From an uncultured delta proteobacterium (GTDB lineage: Bacteria; Desulfobacterota; Binatia; UBA9968), in assembly GCA_963816145.1 (NCBI GenBank), contig CAWFJP010000015.1, positions 96,001-160,000 of the forward strand: DNA of 64,000 bases. The letters are read 5' to 3'. Under the pieces are notes generated by a model. It saw nothing but the letters and a program-made list of their open reading frames with translations, had not been told where the DNA came from and did not search any database. Shown in pieces: positions 1-9,964 of the stretch (positions are counted from its first letter, which is position 1; the number at the start of each line of letters is the position of its first letter). A program made the translations under genes and the position numbers.

Positions 1-570
1 ACCAAGGTGACGAAAGACGATAAAGGATTCATTCACTGCAACGCCCAGCAGCAGACCGAAGATCCCAATATCTACGCCATCGGCGACGTCAATGGCGGCG
101 CGCTGTTGGCGCACCGCGCGACCCGAGAGGGCAAGATCGCCGTCGAAGCGATGCTCGGTGAACCAAGCGCCTTCGAAAACATCGTCGTCCCCGCAGTCGT
201 GTACACCGATCCCGAGGTGGCCTGGTGTGGTCTCACCGAAGCCGAAGCCAAGCAGAAGAGCATCGACATCAAAGTCGCCAAGTTTTTGTGGGGCGCCTCG
301 GGGAGAGCCCTGACGCTCGACCGACCCGATGGTTTGACCAAACTGATCATCGAGCCCGAGACCGAACGGATTCTCGGCGTCGGTGTCGTCGGCGCGGGAG
401 CCGGCGAACTCATCAGCGAAGGCGTCCTTGCGGTCGAAATGGGCGCCACCGCACGCGACATCGCCGATTCGATCCATCCGCATCCGACGCTCTCGGAGAC
501 ATTCATGGAAGCGGCGGAGTCTTTTTACGGCACGGCGACCCATACCCTCTCCCGGCGCAGCGCGTTATGA
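1..570 (+). CDS. lpdA: Dihydrolipoamide dehydrogenase, C-terminal part (5' end outside window)
   Basis: [29 protein letters not shown] motifs. Confidence 0.92.
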   Translation, partial: TKVTKDDKGFIHCNAQQQTEDPNIYAIGDVNGGALLAHRATREGKIAVEAMLGEPSAFENIVVPAVVYTDPEVAWCGLTEAEAKQKSIDIKVAKFLWGASGRALTLDRPDGLTKLIIEPETERILGVGVVGAGAGELISEGVLAVEMGATARDIADSIHPHPTLSETFMEAAESFYGTATHTLSRRSAL

Positions 571-1451
571 CCGATCAACCTCCGCGGCTCTTTCTGATCG
601 ACGGCAGCGCCTATATCTTTCGCGCCTTTTTCGCCATCCCACCGCTTAGCAATGCCGCCGGTCTGCCGACCAACGCAATCTTCGGTTTTACCAATATCCT
701 GCTCAAGTTCTTGAAGCAGTATCAGCCCCACTACGTCGCGGTGGCGTTGGACGCCGGGCGGGTGACGTTTCGCAATGAAATGTTCGCCGACTACAAAGGC
801 AACCGCCCCGAAGCACCGGCCGATTTGATTCCGCAGTTTCCCTACTTCCGCAAGGTCCTCGACGCGCTTAATTTGCCGCTGCTCGAGCTCCCCGGTTACG
901 AGGCCGACGATATCATCGCCACCTTATGCGAACGGCTGGCCAATCAAGGCTGCGAACTCGTCGTCGTTTCAAGTGACAAAGATCTTATGCAATTGGCCAC
1001 CAACGGCATCAAATTATTGGACAGCGCGAAAGATCGCTGGATCGGCAAGGATGAAGTGCGGGAAAAATTCGGGGTCAGCCCGGAACAAGTGATCGAAGTC
1101 ATGGGTCTGATGGGCGACGCGGTCGATAATATTCCCGGGGTCAAAGGCATCGGCGAAAAGACCGCCGGCGCACTGATACAGCAGTTTCAAACCCTTGAGA
1201 ACTTGTTCGAACATTTGGACGACGTGGAAAAGATGAAAATGCGCGGCGCCAAACGTATCCGGCAGATTCTTGAAGACGGCAAGGGCAAGGCTTTTTTGAG
1301 CCGGGATCTCGCCACCGTGAAGCGCGATGTGCCTATAGAGATCGCTTTGCCGGAGCTTCGATTTACCGGTTTCAATTTGGAAAAAATCCGCACCCTGTTT
1401 ACCGAATTGGAATTTACCAACCTGATCAAGCTCATTGAAAACAACCGTTAA
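567..1451 (+). CDS. Stand-alone 5'-3' exonuclease/flap endonuclease (PolA N-terminal-like)
   Basis: [46 protein letters not shown]; ATG at 567 overlaps the lpdA stop (ATGA). Confidence 0.9.
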   Translation: MTDQPPRLFLIDGSAYIFRAFFAIPPLSNAAGLPTNAIFGFTNILLKFLKQYQPHYVAVALDAGRVTFRNEMFADYKGNRPEAPADLIPQFPYFRKVLDALNLPLLELPGYEADDIIATLCERLANQGCELVVVSSDKDLMQLATNGIKLLDSAKDRWIGKDEVREKFGVSPEQVIEVMGLMGDAVDNIPGVKGIGEKTAGALIQQFQTLENLFEHLDDVEKMKMRGAKRIRQILEDGKGKAFLSRDLATVKRDVPIEIALPELRFTGFNLEKIRTLFTELEFTNLIKLIENNR

Positions 1452-1592
1452 CTCCGCCGCTTCGAGCGGTAAAATCCGCTGTTATCGGCGTGGCTTTGAA
1501 CCCTGAACTATGGCAGATTGAATCAGTCAGGGCAGAAGCCCCTGCGGAGTTTAGCTTGAATCTATCCCCGCCGATCATGCGAGGAGCCTACT

Positions 1593-2747
1593 GTGATTAA
1601 CCGAGAACGGCTAAAAAATTTCCTCATCGAACTGATCAAGATCGACAGTCTATCGCGAAGCGAATACGACGTCGCCATGCGATTGAAAAGCGAGCTGGAA
1701 GAACTCGGCGCCGAGCTAACGATCGATAACGCCGGCGAAATGGTCGGCGGCAATGTCGGTAATTTGATCGCGAAATTTGCCGGCACCGTCCCTGGGAGCC
1801 AACCGCTGCTGCTTTCCGCCCATATGGACACGGTGGTACCCGGTGAAGGCATCGTGCCGATCCTCGACGGCGATATCCTGCGCACCGACGGCACCACCGT
1901 GCTCGGCGGCGACGACAAGAGCGGCGTGGTGATCATTTGCGAAGTTTTGCGGGTCATCAAAGAAAACGCCATCCCCTGCTCCGCCATCGACGTCGTCTTC
2001 ACGATCTGCGAAGAGGCCGGGCTCATCGGCGCCAAATGTCTTGACGTCACCAGTCTGCGCGCACGCACCGGCCTAGTGCTCGACAGTGACTCGGTGGGCT
2101 TCTTGTTTACTAGAGCACCGGCCGCAAACCGCATGGAGTTTCGCGTCCACGGCTTGGAAGCCCATGCCGGGGTCTGCCCCGAAAAAGGCATCAACGCGAT
2201 CAAAGTCGCCGCCGAGGGCATCGCGCAAATGAACCTCGGTCGCATCGACCACGAGACCACGGCCAATATCGGCGTGATCGAAGGCGGCATGGCGGTCAAT
2301 ATCGTGCCCAATCAAGTCGTCCTCAAGGGCGAGGCGCGCAGCCATGATCCCGATAAACTCAAACGGCAGACGGAACATATGCAGCGCTGCCTCGAAGAAG
2401 CCGCGGCTAAACATGCGCTTGAGTTCGACGGCAAGCAACACCGAGCGCGAGTCGAAGCCAAGATCGAACGCGATTACGACCGCATGGACGTGCCGGAAAG
2501 CGCGCCCATCGTCCAGTTGGTGCACGCCGCCGCGAGGAATTTGAATCTCGAAGTCAAAACCCGCGCCACCGGCGGCGGTTGCGACGCTAACGTGCTCAAT
2601 CAAAAAGGGCTGGTGGTCGCCAATCTCGGCACCGGCATGCGTGAAATTCATACGGTCAACGAATGGCTCGATCTGAAGGATCTCTATCTATCGGCGCAGA
2701 TGGTTTTGGAAATTGTCAAACTGAACGCTGAAACCAACTTTGGTTAG
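1593..2747 (+). CDS. M20/M25/M40 metallopeptidase (peptidase T-like)
   Basis: SAHMDTV, GGDDKSG, CEEAG, GGGCDAN, IHT motifs. Confidence 0.9.
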   Translation: MINRERLKNFLIELIKIDSLSRSEYDVAMRLKSELEELGAELTIDNAGEMVGGNVGNLIAKFAGTVPGSQPLLLSAHMDTVVPGEGIVPILDGDILRTDGTTVLGGDDKSGVVIICEVLRVIKENAIPCSAIDVVFTICEEAGLIGAKCLDVTSLRARTGLVLDSDSVGFLFTRAPAANRMEFRVHGLEAHAGVCPEKGINAIKVAAEGIAQMNLGRIDHETTANIGVIEGGMAVNIVPNQVVLKGEARSHDPDKLKRQTEHMQRCLEEAAAKHALEFDGKQHRARVEAKIERDYDRMDVPESAPIVQLVHAAARNLNLEVKTRATGGGCDANVLNQKGLVVANLGTGMREIHTVNEWLDLKDLYLSAQMVLEIVKLNAETNFG

Positions 2748-2812
2748 GGGTGAAGGGTAAAGGGTTAGGCGTTGGTCCCCCCTCCCCTTGCCCCTCAACC
2801 TTTACCCCTTAC
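2745..2812. repeat. Inverted repeat with ~7-nt periodic arms (GGGGTGA/AGGGTAA ... TTACCCC)
   Basis: Same family as 51400-51473. Confidence 0.7.
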
Positions 2813-2824
2813 CGATATAAAAAC

Positions 2825-4270
2825 ATGCAAGCTGACGAAATCGGACTCTTACTCAAACAAGACCGCGGTCAATTCCTCGAATTCATCAGCGCCTTCGAGT
2901 ATCGCCGCAGCACGGGCCAGAAAAAACGCGAGGAGGAGCTTGCGCGGGAACTGGTACGTGTCCTGTCCGGCATGGCCAATGCCGACGGCGGCACAGTTTT
3001 AGTCGGCGTCGAACCCGACAAGAGCGTAACCGGCATTCCGCACACGGGTGATGAGTTACAGACGTTGACCCAAGCGCCGCAGAACCTGCTGCGCCCGCAG
3101 CTCTCTCCTGCCTGCGAAAAGATTCGCCTCGGCAATCTCCAACTGCTCAAGTTCGAAGTCGCTTCCAGCATGGACATTCACCGCATCGCCGGCGGCCGTT
3201 CGTTTTATCGCATCGCCGCCGAAACGCCGGCCCTGCCCAGCGAGCAAATCCACTCGCTCAAAGAAGCCAAACGCAATGTCTTTTATGAGCGCCAGCAAAC
3301 GCTCAACGCCACTTGGTACGACCTCGACATCGATCTGCTGACCCAGTTCGTCAACAAACTTCATCCTGGCCAAGATCCGCAAACGGTCCTGAGCCAAACC
3401 TATCATCTGCTCGATAACTCCCGCGCCATCCCCTGTCCCAATATGGCGGCGCTATTGCTCTTTGCCAAAGATCCAACGCGTTGGCATCCGCGCGCCGGCA
3501 TAGATTTCGTCAAGTACGAGGGCAACGAACGGCAGCACGGCGCGTCGCTCAACGTCGTCAAACGGATCCGCTTCGAAGCGCCGCTGGTGCGCTTGATCGA
3601 CGAGGCGGTGGGCCGGATCAAAGAACAAATTCGCGAGCGTACGATCTTGCACGACCTATTTTTCCGCGAGCGCTTGGAGTACCCGACCTTTGCCTGGCAG
3701 GAGGCACTGGTCAACGCCGTCGCCCACCGCGATTATTCCCTCGCCGGCGCTCCGGTGGAAGTGTGGATGTTCGACGATCATATCAGCGTGCGCAGTCCCG
3801 GTTTGCCGCCGCCGCCGGTCACTCTCGAACACTTGCGTCAGCAGAAAAGCATCCACTTCTCGCGCAATCCCTTGATTGTTCGGGTTCTCGCCGATCTGGG
3901 ATTTCTCCGCGAGATGGGCGAAGGCGTGCCGCGCATTTATCAAGAAATGGAAACCTACGGCCTCCATCCGCCCGAGCTTTCCGCCGAAGGCTTCATTTTC
4001 ACCGTGACCTTGCGCAACGCGCCGGTGTACGACGAGGCGACGCTGCGCTGGCTCAGCCAGTTCGCCAACAATCAAGTGAACATGCGCCAACGTCGGCTTT
4101 TGGCCTACGCCTACTGCCATGGCAAGACGTTCTCGACCACCGAGTATGAACGAATCGCCGAGGTCGACCGCGATACCGCCTATCGGGACATTCGGCTGAT
4201 GGTGAAAAGCGGCATCGTCGCGCCGCTGAAGCCGAAAAGCCGCAGCTACCGCATCGTCGAAAAACTCTAA
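2825..4270 (+). CDS. Schlafen/AlbA_2 domain + HATPase_c_4 (RecG-C-like) + HTH protein
   Basis: MANADGGTVLVGV (AlbA); EALVNAVAHRDY, RNPLI, GEGVPRI; C-terminal TAYRDI HTH; start taken at MQADEIG. Confidence 0.85.
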   Translation: MQADEIGLLLKQDRGQFLEFISAFEYRRSTGQKKREEELARELVRVLSGMANADGGTVLVGVEPDKSVTGIPHTGDELQTLTQAPQNLLRPQLSPACEKIRLGNLQLLKFEVASSMDIHRIAGGRSFYRIAAETPALPSEQIHSLKEAKRNVFYERQQTLNATWYDLDIDLLTQFVNKLHPGQDPQTVLSQTYHLLDNSRAIPCPNMAALLLFAKDPTRWHPRAGIDFVKYEGNERQHGASLNVVKRIRFEAPLVRLIDEAVGRIKEQIRERTILHDLFFRERLEYPTFAWQEALVNAVAHRDYSLAGAPVEVWMFDDHISVRSPGLPPPPVTLEHLRQQKSIHFSRNPLIVRVLADLGFLREMGEGVPRIYQEMETYGLHPPELSAEGFIFTVTLRNAPVYDEATLRWLSQFANNQVNMRQRRLLAYAYCHGKTFSTTEYERIAEVDRDTAYRDIRLMVKSGIVAPLKPKSRSYRIVEKL

Positions 4271-4282
4271 CCTGGAACGCTC

Positions 4283-5272
4283 ATGGATTTTACCGAATTG
4301 ATGGGTCTCGCCAGCGGCCATGTCGAGGCGCGCATCGTTCAGACCGCCGTCGAACTCAAAATTTTCGACGCTATCGAAGCGCGACCACTTTCATCGGCCG
4401 CCGCTGGCGCATCACTTCAACTCAAGGAGCAGGCTTTAGAACTGCTGCTCAACGCGCTCACCGCCCTCGGTCTGCTCGAAAAACATGGCGATCAATTCAC
4501 TCTCACGGAACTGTCGCGCCGTTATCTGGTGCGCAATTCGCCGTACTATGTCGGCGGCATGATCGGCTTTGACGCCATGCTGTGGCGCGCCTGGGAAAAG
4601 CTTCCCGAAGCGATTCGCACGGGTTTGCCGACGCGCCCGCCCAATATGTATCAAGCCGATCCGCGGGAAACCGAAGTCTTCGTCAACGCCATGGATTCAC
4701 TGGTCAAAGCGCGCGGCGACACGGAAGTGCTGGCTAGCGCCATCAATTGGTCGAAGATCGGCACGCTCCTCGATGTCGGCTCCGGTCCCGCCACCTACCC
4801 GATTGCGCTGTGCGAACGATTTCCCCACTTACGCGCTGCCATCGTCGATCTGCCAGGGACTTTGAAAATAACCGGACGGTTTGTCGCGAGCGCCAATCTC
4901 GCCGCGCGTATCGAACTGATCCCGGCGGACTACCGCAGCGATCCGATCCCCGGCACCTATGACGCGATCTTTTTATCGAACATTATTCACGGCGAAAATG
5001 ATGGCCGCAACGCCGCGCTGATGCGCAAGCTCATGGCTAATCTAAATCCCCGCGGACGCTTGATCGTCAAAGACCATATTCTTGACGACAGCCGCGCCGA
5101 GCCGGCGGCGGGCGCGATCTTCAGTCTGCTCATGCTGCTCACCACCGACGGCGGCCGCTGTTATAGTTTCGCCGAGATCGCAGCTTGGATGAAACAGGCA
5201 GGACTCAGCCGCGTTGAGCGCATCGACCTGCCGGCGCCGCTGACCTCGTCTCTCGTCATCGCTTCCGAGTAG
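4283..5272 (+). CDS. SAM-dependent O-methyltransferase with dimerisation domain
   Basis: AVELKIFD N-domain, LLDVGSGPA, LSNIIH. Confidence 0.88.
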   Translation: MDFTELMGLASGHVEARIVQTAVELKIFDAIEARPLSSAAAGASLQLKEQALELLLNALTALGLLEKHGDQFTLTELSRRYLVRNSPYYVGGMIGFDAMLWRAWEKLPEAIRTGLPTRPPNMYQADPRETEVFVNAMDSLVKARGDTEVLASAINWSKIGTLLDVGSGPATYPIALCERFPHLRAAIVDLPGTLKITGRFVASANLAARIELIPADYRSDPIPGTYDAIFLSNIIHGENDGRNAALMRKLMANLNPRGRLIVKDHILDDSRAEPAAGAIFSLLMLLTTDGGRCYSFAEIAAWMKQAGLSRVERIDLPAPLTSSLVIASE

Positions 5273-5336
5273 TTAGTTTCGCAGGGATATGTGTTAAACT
5301 GGCAGTTATCGAACAGCAAAGGCAAGGTATCTCGCC

Positions 5337-5636
5337 ATCGACGAGCAAGAACAAAAAGCCAGGCAGCAAGCGGTCATCGACAACCTCAAACCGGCCTGTA
5401 TCTGTAACAAAATTCGCAGAGGCACCGTCGCCAAAGCTATTCAATCCGGCGCCAAAACCTTCGAACAGATCAGTAAGCGCACTGGCGTCGGCACCGGGCC
5501 CTGTGGCGGTCGGCGTTGCGGGTCGTTGGTCCGCGGCATGTTGGGCGAGCCGGTCACCACTTGCAACGATTGCGGCTGGCCGGTATTAGTCGGCGCCGCC
5601 TGCCCGCGCTGCGAGTACGCCAAACAAGAGAGCTAA
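5337..5636 (+). CDS. BFD-like [2Fe-2S] protein with C-terminal Zn ribbon; non-canonical start (missed by ORF track)
   Basis: Own translation IDEQEQKARQQAVIDNLKPACICNKIRRGTVAKAIQSGAKTFEQISKRTGVGTGPCGGRRC..CNDC..CPRCEYAKQES*; in-frame TAA at 5295; start codon uncertain. Confidence 0.8.
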   Translation: MDEQEQKARQQAVIDNLKPACICNKIRRGTVAKAIQSGAKTFEQISKRTGVGTGPCGGRRCGSLVRGMLGEPVTTCNDCGWPVLVGAACPRCEYAKQES

Positions 5637-5705
5637 AGAGACTCCTCTTTCCGACAATTTCATCGTCTAGCGTGTTTAACTATTTATCCGATCATCCTGG
5701 GTTGG

Positions 5706-6146
5706 TTATTTCTTCAGGCTGGCAGCCTTGCGCATGAAACGCTTGCGCTGGCTGAGGCACGCCTTCTTTTTGTCCTCGTTAGCATCTTCGGTACGGCAAC
5801 CCTGGCAAGCCGGGCAGATCCAGCCGCCGCAGGTGCACCGACCACCGGGTTTTCCGGCCAAGCCCGGCTTGGTGTTAAAACTCTTCTGACAGCGAACACA
5901 GACAATGGCCGAAGAGGCATCGAGGATCTCCAGATCCTCGGCGGGTGCAATGCATCGCGAGGATTCGCCGTTGATGACGACGCGATACTGAAAGGCTTCC
6001 TTCGACATCGGCGCATCCATTAGCATCCCGCCACGAGTAAAGCACGCTTTGATCGCTGTCGTTCCTTCAATCTTGCCCTCGTATCCCTTATTCTTATGGC
6101 GCACCACCGTACCGTCGCGCAGATTGATCTCATGCTTATCTTCCAT
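5706..6146 (-). CDS. Hypothetical protein, YccV/HspQ-like N-terminus plus Cys-rich C-terminus
   Basis: GTVVRHKNKGYEG; CVRC..CTCGGWICPACQGC; GAGG RBS. Confidence 0.65.
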   Translation of the reverse strand: MEDKHEINLRDGTVVRHKNKGYEGKIEGTTAIKACFTRGGMLMDAPMSKEAFQYRVVINGESSRCIAPAEDLEILDASSAIVCVRCQKSFNTKPGLAGKPGGRCTCGGWICPACQGCRTEDANEDKKKACLSQRKRFMRKAASLKK

Positions 6147-6263
6147 AGTTACCTCAGATACCTCTTTCCAAATATAGCACTTCAGCCCATCGAACGATGG
6201 GAGTCATTTTCATAGCAAAATCTAACCCTTGCCGACCGATTGCTCTGCCCGGCCTATTTCAGC

Positions 6264-6554
6264 TCACGAGGAATAAATATGCACCTCGTTCTCCTCGATG
6301 CGTCTGCCACGGGCAATTAACTTGACGATACTGCAAATATTGCGGCTCACATCCGTGATCCCAGCGGCGGGGTAGCCGCTTTTGATATAGCGGCCGATGA
6401 ATTTGTCTTCGCCCATGTCGATGATCTGAAGATACTCTTTGTTCTCGCTACCCTCGAAGTAATGTTTCGTTCCCGGTGCCGGGCTGTCGAGGTCGTTCTG
6501 CAATGCTCTGGATATCTTGATCCCCACGAACAATGACTTAGCGTCATCAACCAT
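6264..6554 (-). CDS. Hypothetical protein
   Basis: ORF with GGAG RBS before MVDDAK. Confidence 0.65.
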   Translation of the reverse strand: MVDDAKSLFVGIKISRALQNDLDSPAPGTKHYFEGSENKEYLQIIDMGEDKFIGRYIKSGYPAAGITDVSRNICSIVKLIARGRRIEENEVHIYSS

Positions 6555-6680
6555 CTGCGCTCCCTTCACACTTCACGCGCTCCCAGCGGCACCAGAGCTA
6601 GGCAGCCCGCAGCCACCAATCGAAAAGCGCCCATCGTTGCGCCGACGCGGTTCGCGACCGCGTCGGCGCACTCGCCTCGC

Positions 6681-7223
6681 TTAGTTCGTAATTTTCAACG
6701 CGACGCCTAGAGGCAAAGCGCTATCGCCGACGCTCATGGCCGTGGTCAATTTTTCCAATTCCCAAGAAGATACCTTCTCCGTCGAGACCGCGTCCTTAGC
6801 CGTGGCATCGGTCTTTTGATTAGCCGCAGGCGATTTTATGATGTACTTGACGTTGCTGCCGTCGATCAGGGTCACCGAAAGCACCAAATCCTTCACCTCT
6901 TGGGCGCCGAGCGTCTGCAACGAAGAGATGCGATTGAGCGCCACGGTCTTATCGACAGTGTAGTTATACAGCCAGATAAACGAGCCGGTGGTAGCGATCA
7001 GCAGCAACCAAGCGTACTGGCCGACCCGCTGCTGCCGCTTTGTGACACTGGAACGCTGGCGGTCAAAAAACTGGCGAAAGGTGTCTCGTTCGATGGTCAA
7101 GCGTTTGGTCGGATCCTGTTCGGCGGAACTGGGTGGTTGATCGAACGATAAACCGATGCTGTTGAGTACCATGCCGATAACAATTAAAACCAGGGGCACA
7201 AGCACGATAACGATAGGATGCAT
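6681..7223 (-). CDS. Hypothetical membrane protein (2 TM)
   Basis: Two hydrophobic segments; GGAGG RBS. Confidence 0.7.
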   Translation of the reverse strand: MHPIVIVLVPLVLIVIGMVLNSIGLSFDQPPSSAEQDPTKRLTIERDTFRQFFDRQRSSVTKRQQRVGQYAWLLLIATTGSFIWLYNYTVDKTVALNRISSLQTLGAQEVKDLVLSVTLIDGSNVKYIIKSPAANQKTDATAKDAVSTEKVSSWELEKLTTAMSVGDSALPLGVALKITN

Positions 7224-7513
7224 AGGTCTCCCTCCGAATGCGGATGCTAAAAGTCCGCCGATATAGGAAGAGGGAGGAGTTGCAAAACCGGGGAAGTCTT
7301 ACGGCGAAGTGTCGACTTCGCCCGTCATGTCGTAGGAGTGATTGTCCCCAGTCTTCGACCTCTTGCGCGCCATTAGGATCGAGACATGACTACTAGTGCA
7401 TACTCTATAGGAACGCCTGGCACGTAGCAATCCTCGGTCCAACCGGCCTCGTGCTGCATTTGGGCAATGTCGCGATTGCAATCGCGCGTGCACAAGTCTA
7501 TACAAATTGCGCC

Positions 7514-7882
7514 ATGGTGATTCGCTACGCATCTGCGGTTATTACCCTTGCGGGATTACTCGCACTCGCCTCCGGCCTAACTTTCTGGTTCGGCGCTGCC
7601 CCAGGCCTAGTGTCGATGCATATGCTGCTGGGTTTCCTAACCGTGGCGGGATTGTGGACAATCGGCATCGCACAAGCTCGTTCGACCGGTGGGAGTTCGA
7701 TCTTGGCGGCCCTCGCAGTTATCGTCGGTGCGCTGACGATCTACATAGGCATGAATCAAGCCGCCATGTTTCCCGGAGCGCATCATTGGCTCGTCCAAAT
7801 CAGCCACTTAATTCTGGGTATCCTATGTATTGGCTTGGGCCATATGGCTGCCGCGCGTCAGCGCCGTGCGGCCGCGCGCTGA
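7514..7882 (+). CDS. Hypothetical 4-TM protein with His residues in helices (possible heme-b binding)
   Basis: HMLLG, HLILG in hydrophobic helices. Confidence 0.65.
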   Translation: MVIRYASAVITLAGLLALASGLTFWFGAAPGLVSMHMLLGFLTVAGLWTIGIAQARSTGGSSILAALAVIVGALTIYIGMNQAAMFPGAHHWLVQISHLILGILCIGLGHMAAARQRRAAAR

Positions 7883-7935
7883 CGCCAACCATCCCGCTCA
7901 CAGCTTCAATTGTTGGAATCGAATTCGCTGAATTT

Positions 7936-8607
7936 CTAAACCGGCCAGCTTTCCAATCGATAAGCCTGCTCCCAAAACAAATACTCGTAGCGGCTGCTGA
8001 GCATAAACAACTCCGCCATGCGCTTTTTCTCGGCGCTACCCGCCGTTGCGCCAAGGCGATCCATGAGCCGGATCTGCTCGCGCACCGGCTGCCAAAACGC
8101 CTCTGAAGCGTAGGTCTCGATCCACTCGCGATAGATCTTCGGTTTGACCGGCCGGCGTCTATATAGGCGCTTGCCGGTCGCGCCATAGATCCAGTAACAG
8201 GGCAACACCGCGGCGACTAGCTCGCCCAGGGTTCCGCCGCGCGCCACCGACTGTAAATGATCGATATAAGCCTGGGTGCGCGGCCCCTTGGGCACCGCGT
8301 CGAGTTGCTTGCGCGACAGCCCCAAGCTCTTGCCGAAGCTCGCGTGGAAGCTCCGCTCAACTTCCACCGCACCCAAAGCGTGCCGGCAAAATAGCTCCAA
8401 AATCTCCAGATTTGGCGACTTGGCGCCGCCCAGGCAGAGCACCTGGGCGAAGTCGAGAAGATACACATAGTCTTGCAAGATGAAATAGGTAAACCGATTC
8501 ATCGGCAGACTGCCGTCCTGCAATTCTTTCAAAAACGGATGACCGTCGATCGCCCGCCAGATCCGCTCGCTGCGCTGCCGCAGCTGACTGCTAAAGTTTT
8601 TTGTCAT
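7936..8607 (-). CDS. tenA: Thiaminase II / TenA
   Basis: HPF, FILQDYVYL, VLPCYWIY, WIETY, SRYEYLFW. Confidence 0.9.
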   Translation of the reverse strand: MTKNFSSQLRQRSERIWRAIDGHPFLKELQDGSLPMNRFTYFILQDYVYLLDFAQVLCLGGAKSPNLEILELFCRHALGAVEVERSFHASFGKSLGLSRKQLDAVPKGPRTQAYIDHLQSVARGGTLGELVAAVLPCYWIYGATGKRLYRRRPVKPKIYREWIETYASEAFWQPVREQIRLMDRLGATAGSAEKKRMAELFMLSSRYEYLFWEQAYRLESWPV

Positions 8608-8651
8608 GCGCCAGGATTAGCGAAAAATCCTTGGGAAGAAAAGCTGATGCA

Positions 8652-8722
8652 ACCACGAAACGCACGAAAAACAACGAAAGGCTAAAATCTCTATTTCGAA
8701 TGCTTGGGGTTTTTTATGGTTT
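8652..8722. repeat. Degenerate CACGAA-periodic inverted repeat
   Basis: AACCACGAAACGCACGAAAAACAACGAAA with a decayed right arm; family of 33339-33420. Confidence 0.5.
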
Positions 8723-8734
8723 AAGATTTCCGGA

Positions 8735-9751
8735 CTATTTCAATCCGTAACTCGCTGCTATTTTGTCGATAAAACCACTCTCATCGAGCTTGCGAATCAA
8801 GCGGCCGTCGATCAGCTCCTCGACCTTCACGCTGGCGATCTTCGGATTGAGCGTGGCGAGCAGCCGGCGAATGTTGTGCATGCCGTCCACCATCGGTATC
8901 GGCCGGCGCTCGACACCGGTCAAATAATCTTGATAGCCTTCCTCCGCCACCGCCGGGTCGTTGATCTGAAAGCGCCGCATCATGATTTTGATCACCACCG
9001 CTTTGTTCGCCGGCGCCATGCTATAGGCCAGACTATCGACCAGCGTCATAAGCAATTTCTCGGCGATATCCGCGCGCTTTTGCAGGAACTCCGGCGACAC
9101 CACTATCGCTTGACTGAGCAAGGGAATTTTCGCCGGCTGCAACTCGGCGACAATGGCGAAACCTTTACTGCGCAGTCGGCGCACCAACGCGCCGTCGAGC
9201 ACCGCCGCGTCTACCCTGCCGACCTCTAGAGCCTGGCCGACCAAGACTGAGTCGCCGATCGGTAGTAAATTGATGTTGTCACGCTTGTAATCTAAACCGA
9301 CATGTTCCAAAGCCAAGATCGTATTGATCCAGGTAGTCCCGCCGGGGTTTTGAATACCGAAGCGTTTACCGCGCAACTCTTCGGCGCGTTTGAGACTCGG
9401 ATGAGCGACCAGCGTATGCGTCAAAGTATTGGAGATCGACGAGAGAATTTTCAAATAAGAACCCTGGCCCGCCGCGCCCAAGACAGAGGTGCCGCCAGTG
9501 TAACCGACATCCATCTCGCCAGAGACCAAAGTCGCCACCAACGTCGCCGCGGCGCGCACCAATACGATCTTGGGATCCAGGCCGTACTTGGAGAATATAC
9601 CCTGCTCTTGGGCGAGATAGAGCGGCGTGGTACGCGGGCTGACGGCGGCATAACCGATGGTGAGCTTGGTTTGCGCCGATGCACGGTCAAAATGGATGAG
9701 GGCCGAGACGACAACTGCGCTCAATGAAACGACCAGTCTGAATTGATGCAT
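8735..9751 (-). CDS. ABC substrate-binding protein, NMT1/SsuA-like
   Basis: Signal peptide, GIFSKYGLD, LRGKRFG, LDESGFID. Confidence 0.88.
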   Translation of the reverse strand: MHQFRLVVSLSAVVVSALIHFDRASAQTKLTIGYAAVSPRTTPLYLAQEQGIFSKYGLDPKIVLVRAAATLVATLVSGEMDVGYTGGTSVLGAAGQGSYLKILSSISNTLTHTLVAHPSLKRAEELRGKRFGIQNPGGTTWINTILALEHVGLDYKRDNINLLPIGDSVLVGQALEVGRVDAAVLDGALVRRLRSKGFAIVAELQPAKIPLLSQAIVVSPEFLQKRADIAEKLLMTLVDSLAYSMAPANKAVVIKIMMRRFQINDPAVAEEGYQDYLTGVERRPIPMVDGMHNIRRLLATLNPKIASVKVEELIDGRLIRKLDESGFIDKIAASYGLK

Positions 9752-9813
9752 GACATCCCTCCGCAAAGCACGAACGACTATAAACCCGCAACAGTCCTTA
9801 ATGGACTTGCCTA

Positions 9814-9899
9814 CCCCTTTAGAAAAGGGGGATCGTGGGGGATTTATTCTCAGCCTTCGCCTGAAATCCCTCCTAACCTCCCTTTTTCAAAGGGAGGGA
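9814..9899. repeat. REP-like paired palindromes
   Basis: CCCCTTTAGAAAAGGGGG..GGGGGATTT ... AAATCCCTCC..CTCCCTTTTTCAAAGGGAG. Confidence 0.7.
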
Positions 9900-9964
9900 T
9901 CGGACCGGTAGTTCTACCAACCGTTCAGCATAGCCTTCAACGGTTGATCTATTTTGCCGCGCGC

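Noticed and set aside
7405-7435. Sigma54 promoter at TGGCAC
   Set aside because: No TTGC at the required -12 spacing.
8608-8734. TPP riboswitch upstream of tenA
   Set aside because: No CTGAGA or other TPP core; the gap holds a decayed periodic repeat.
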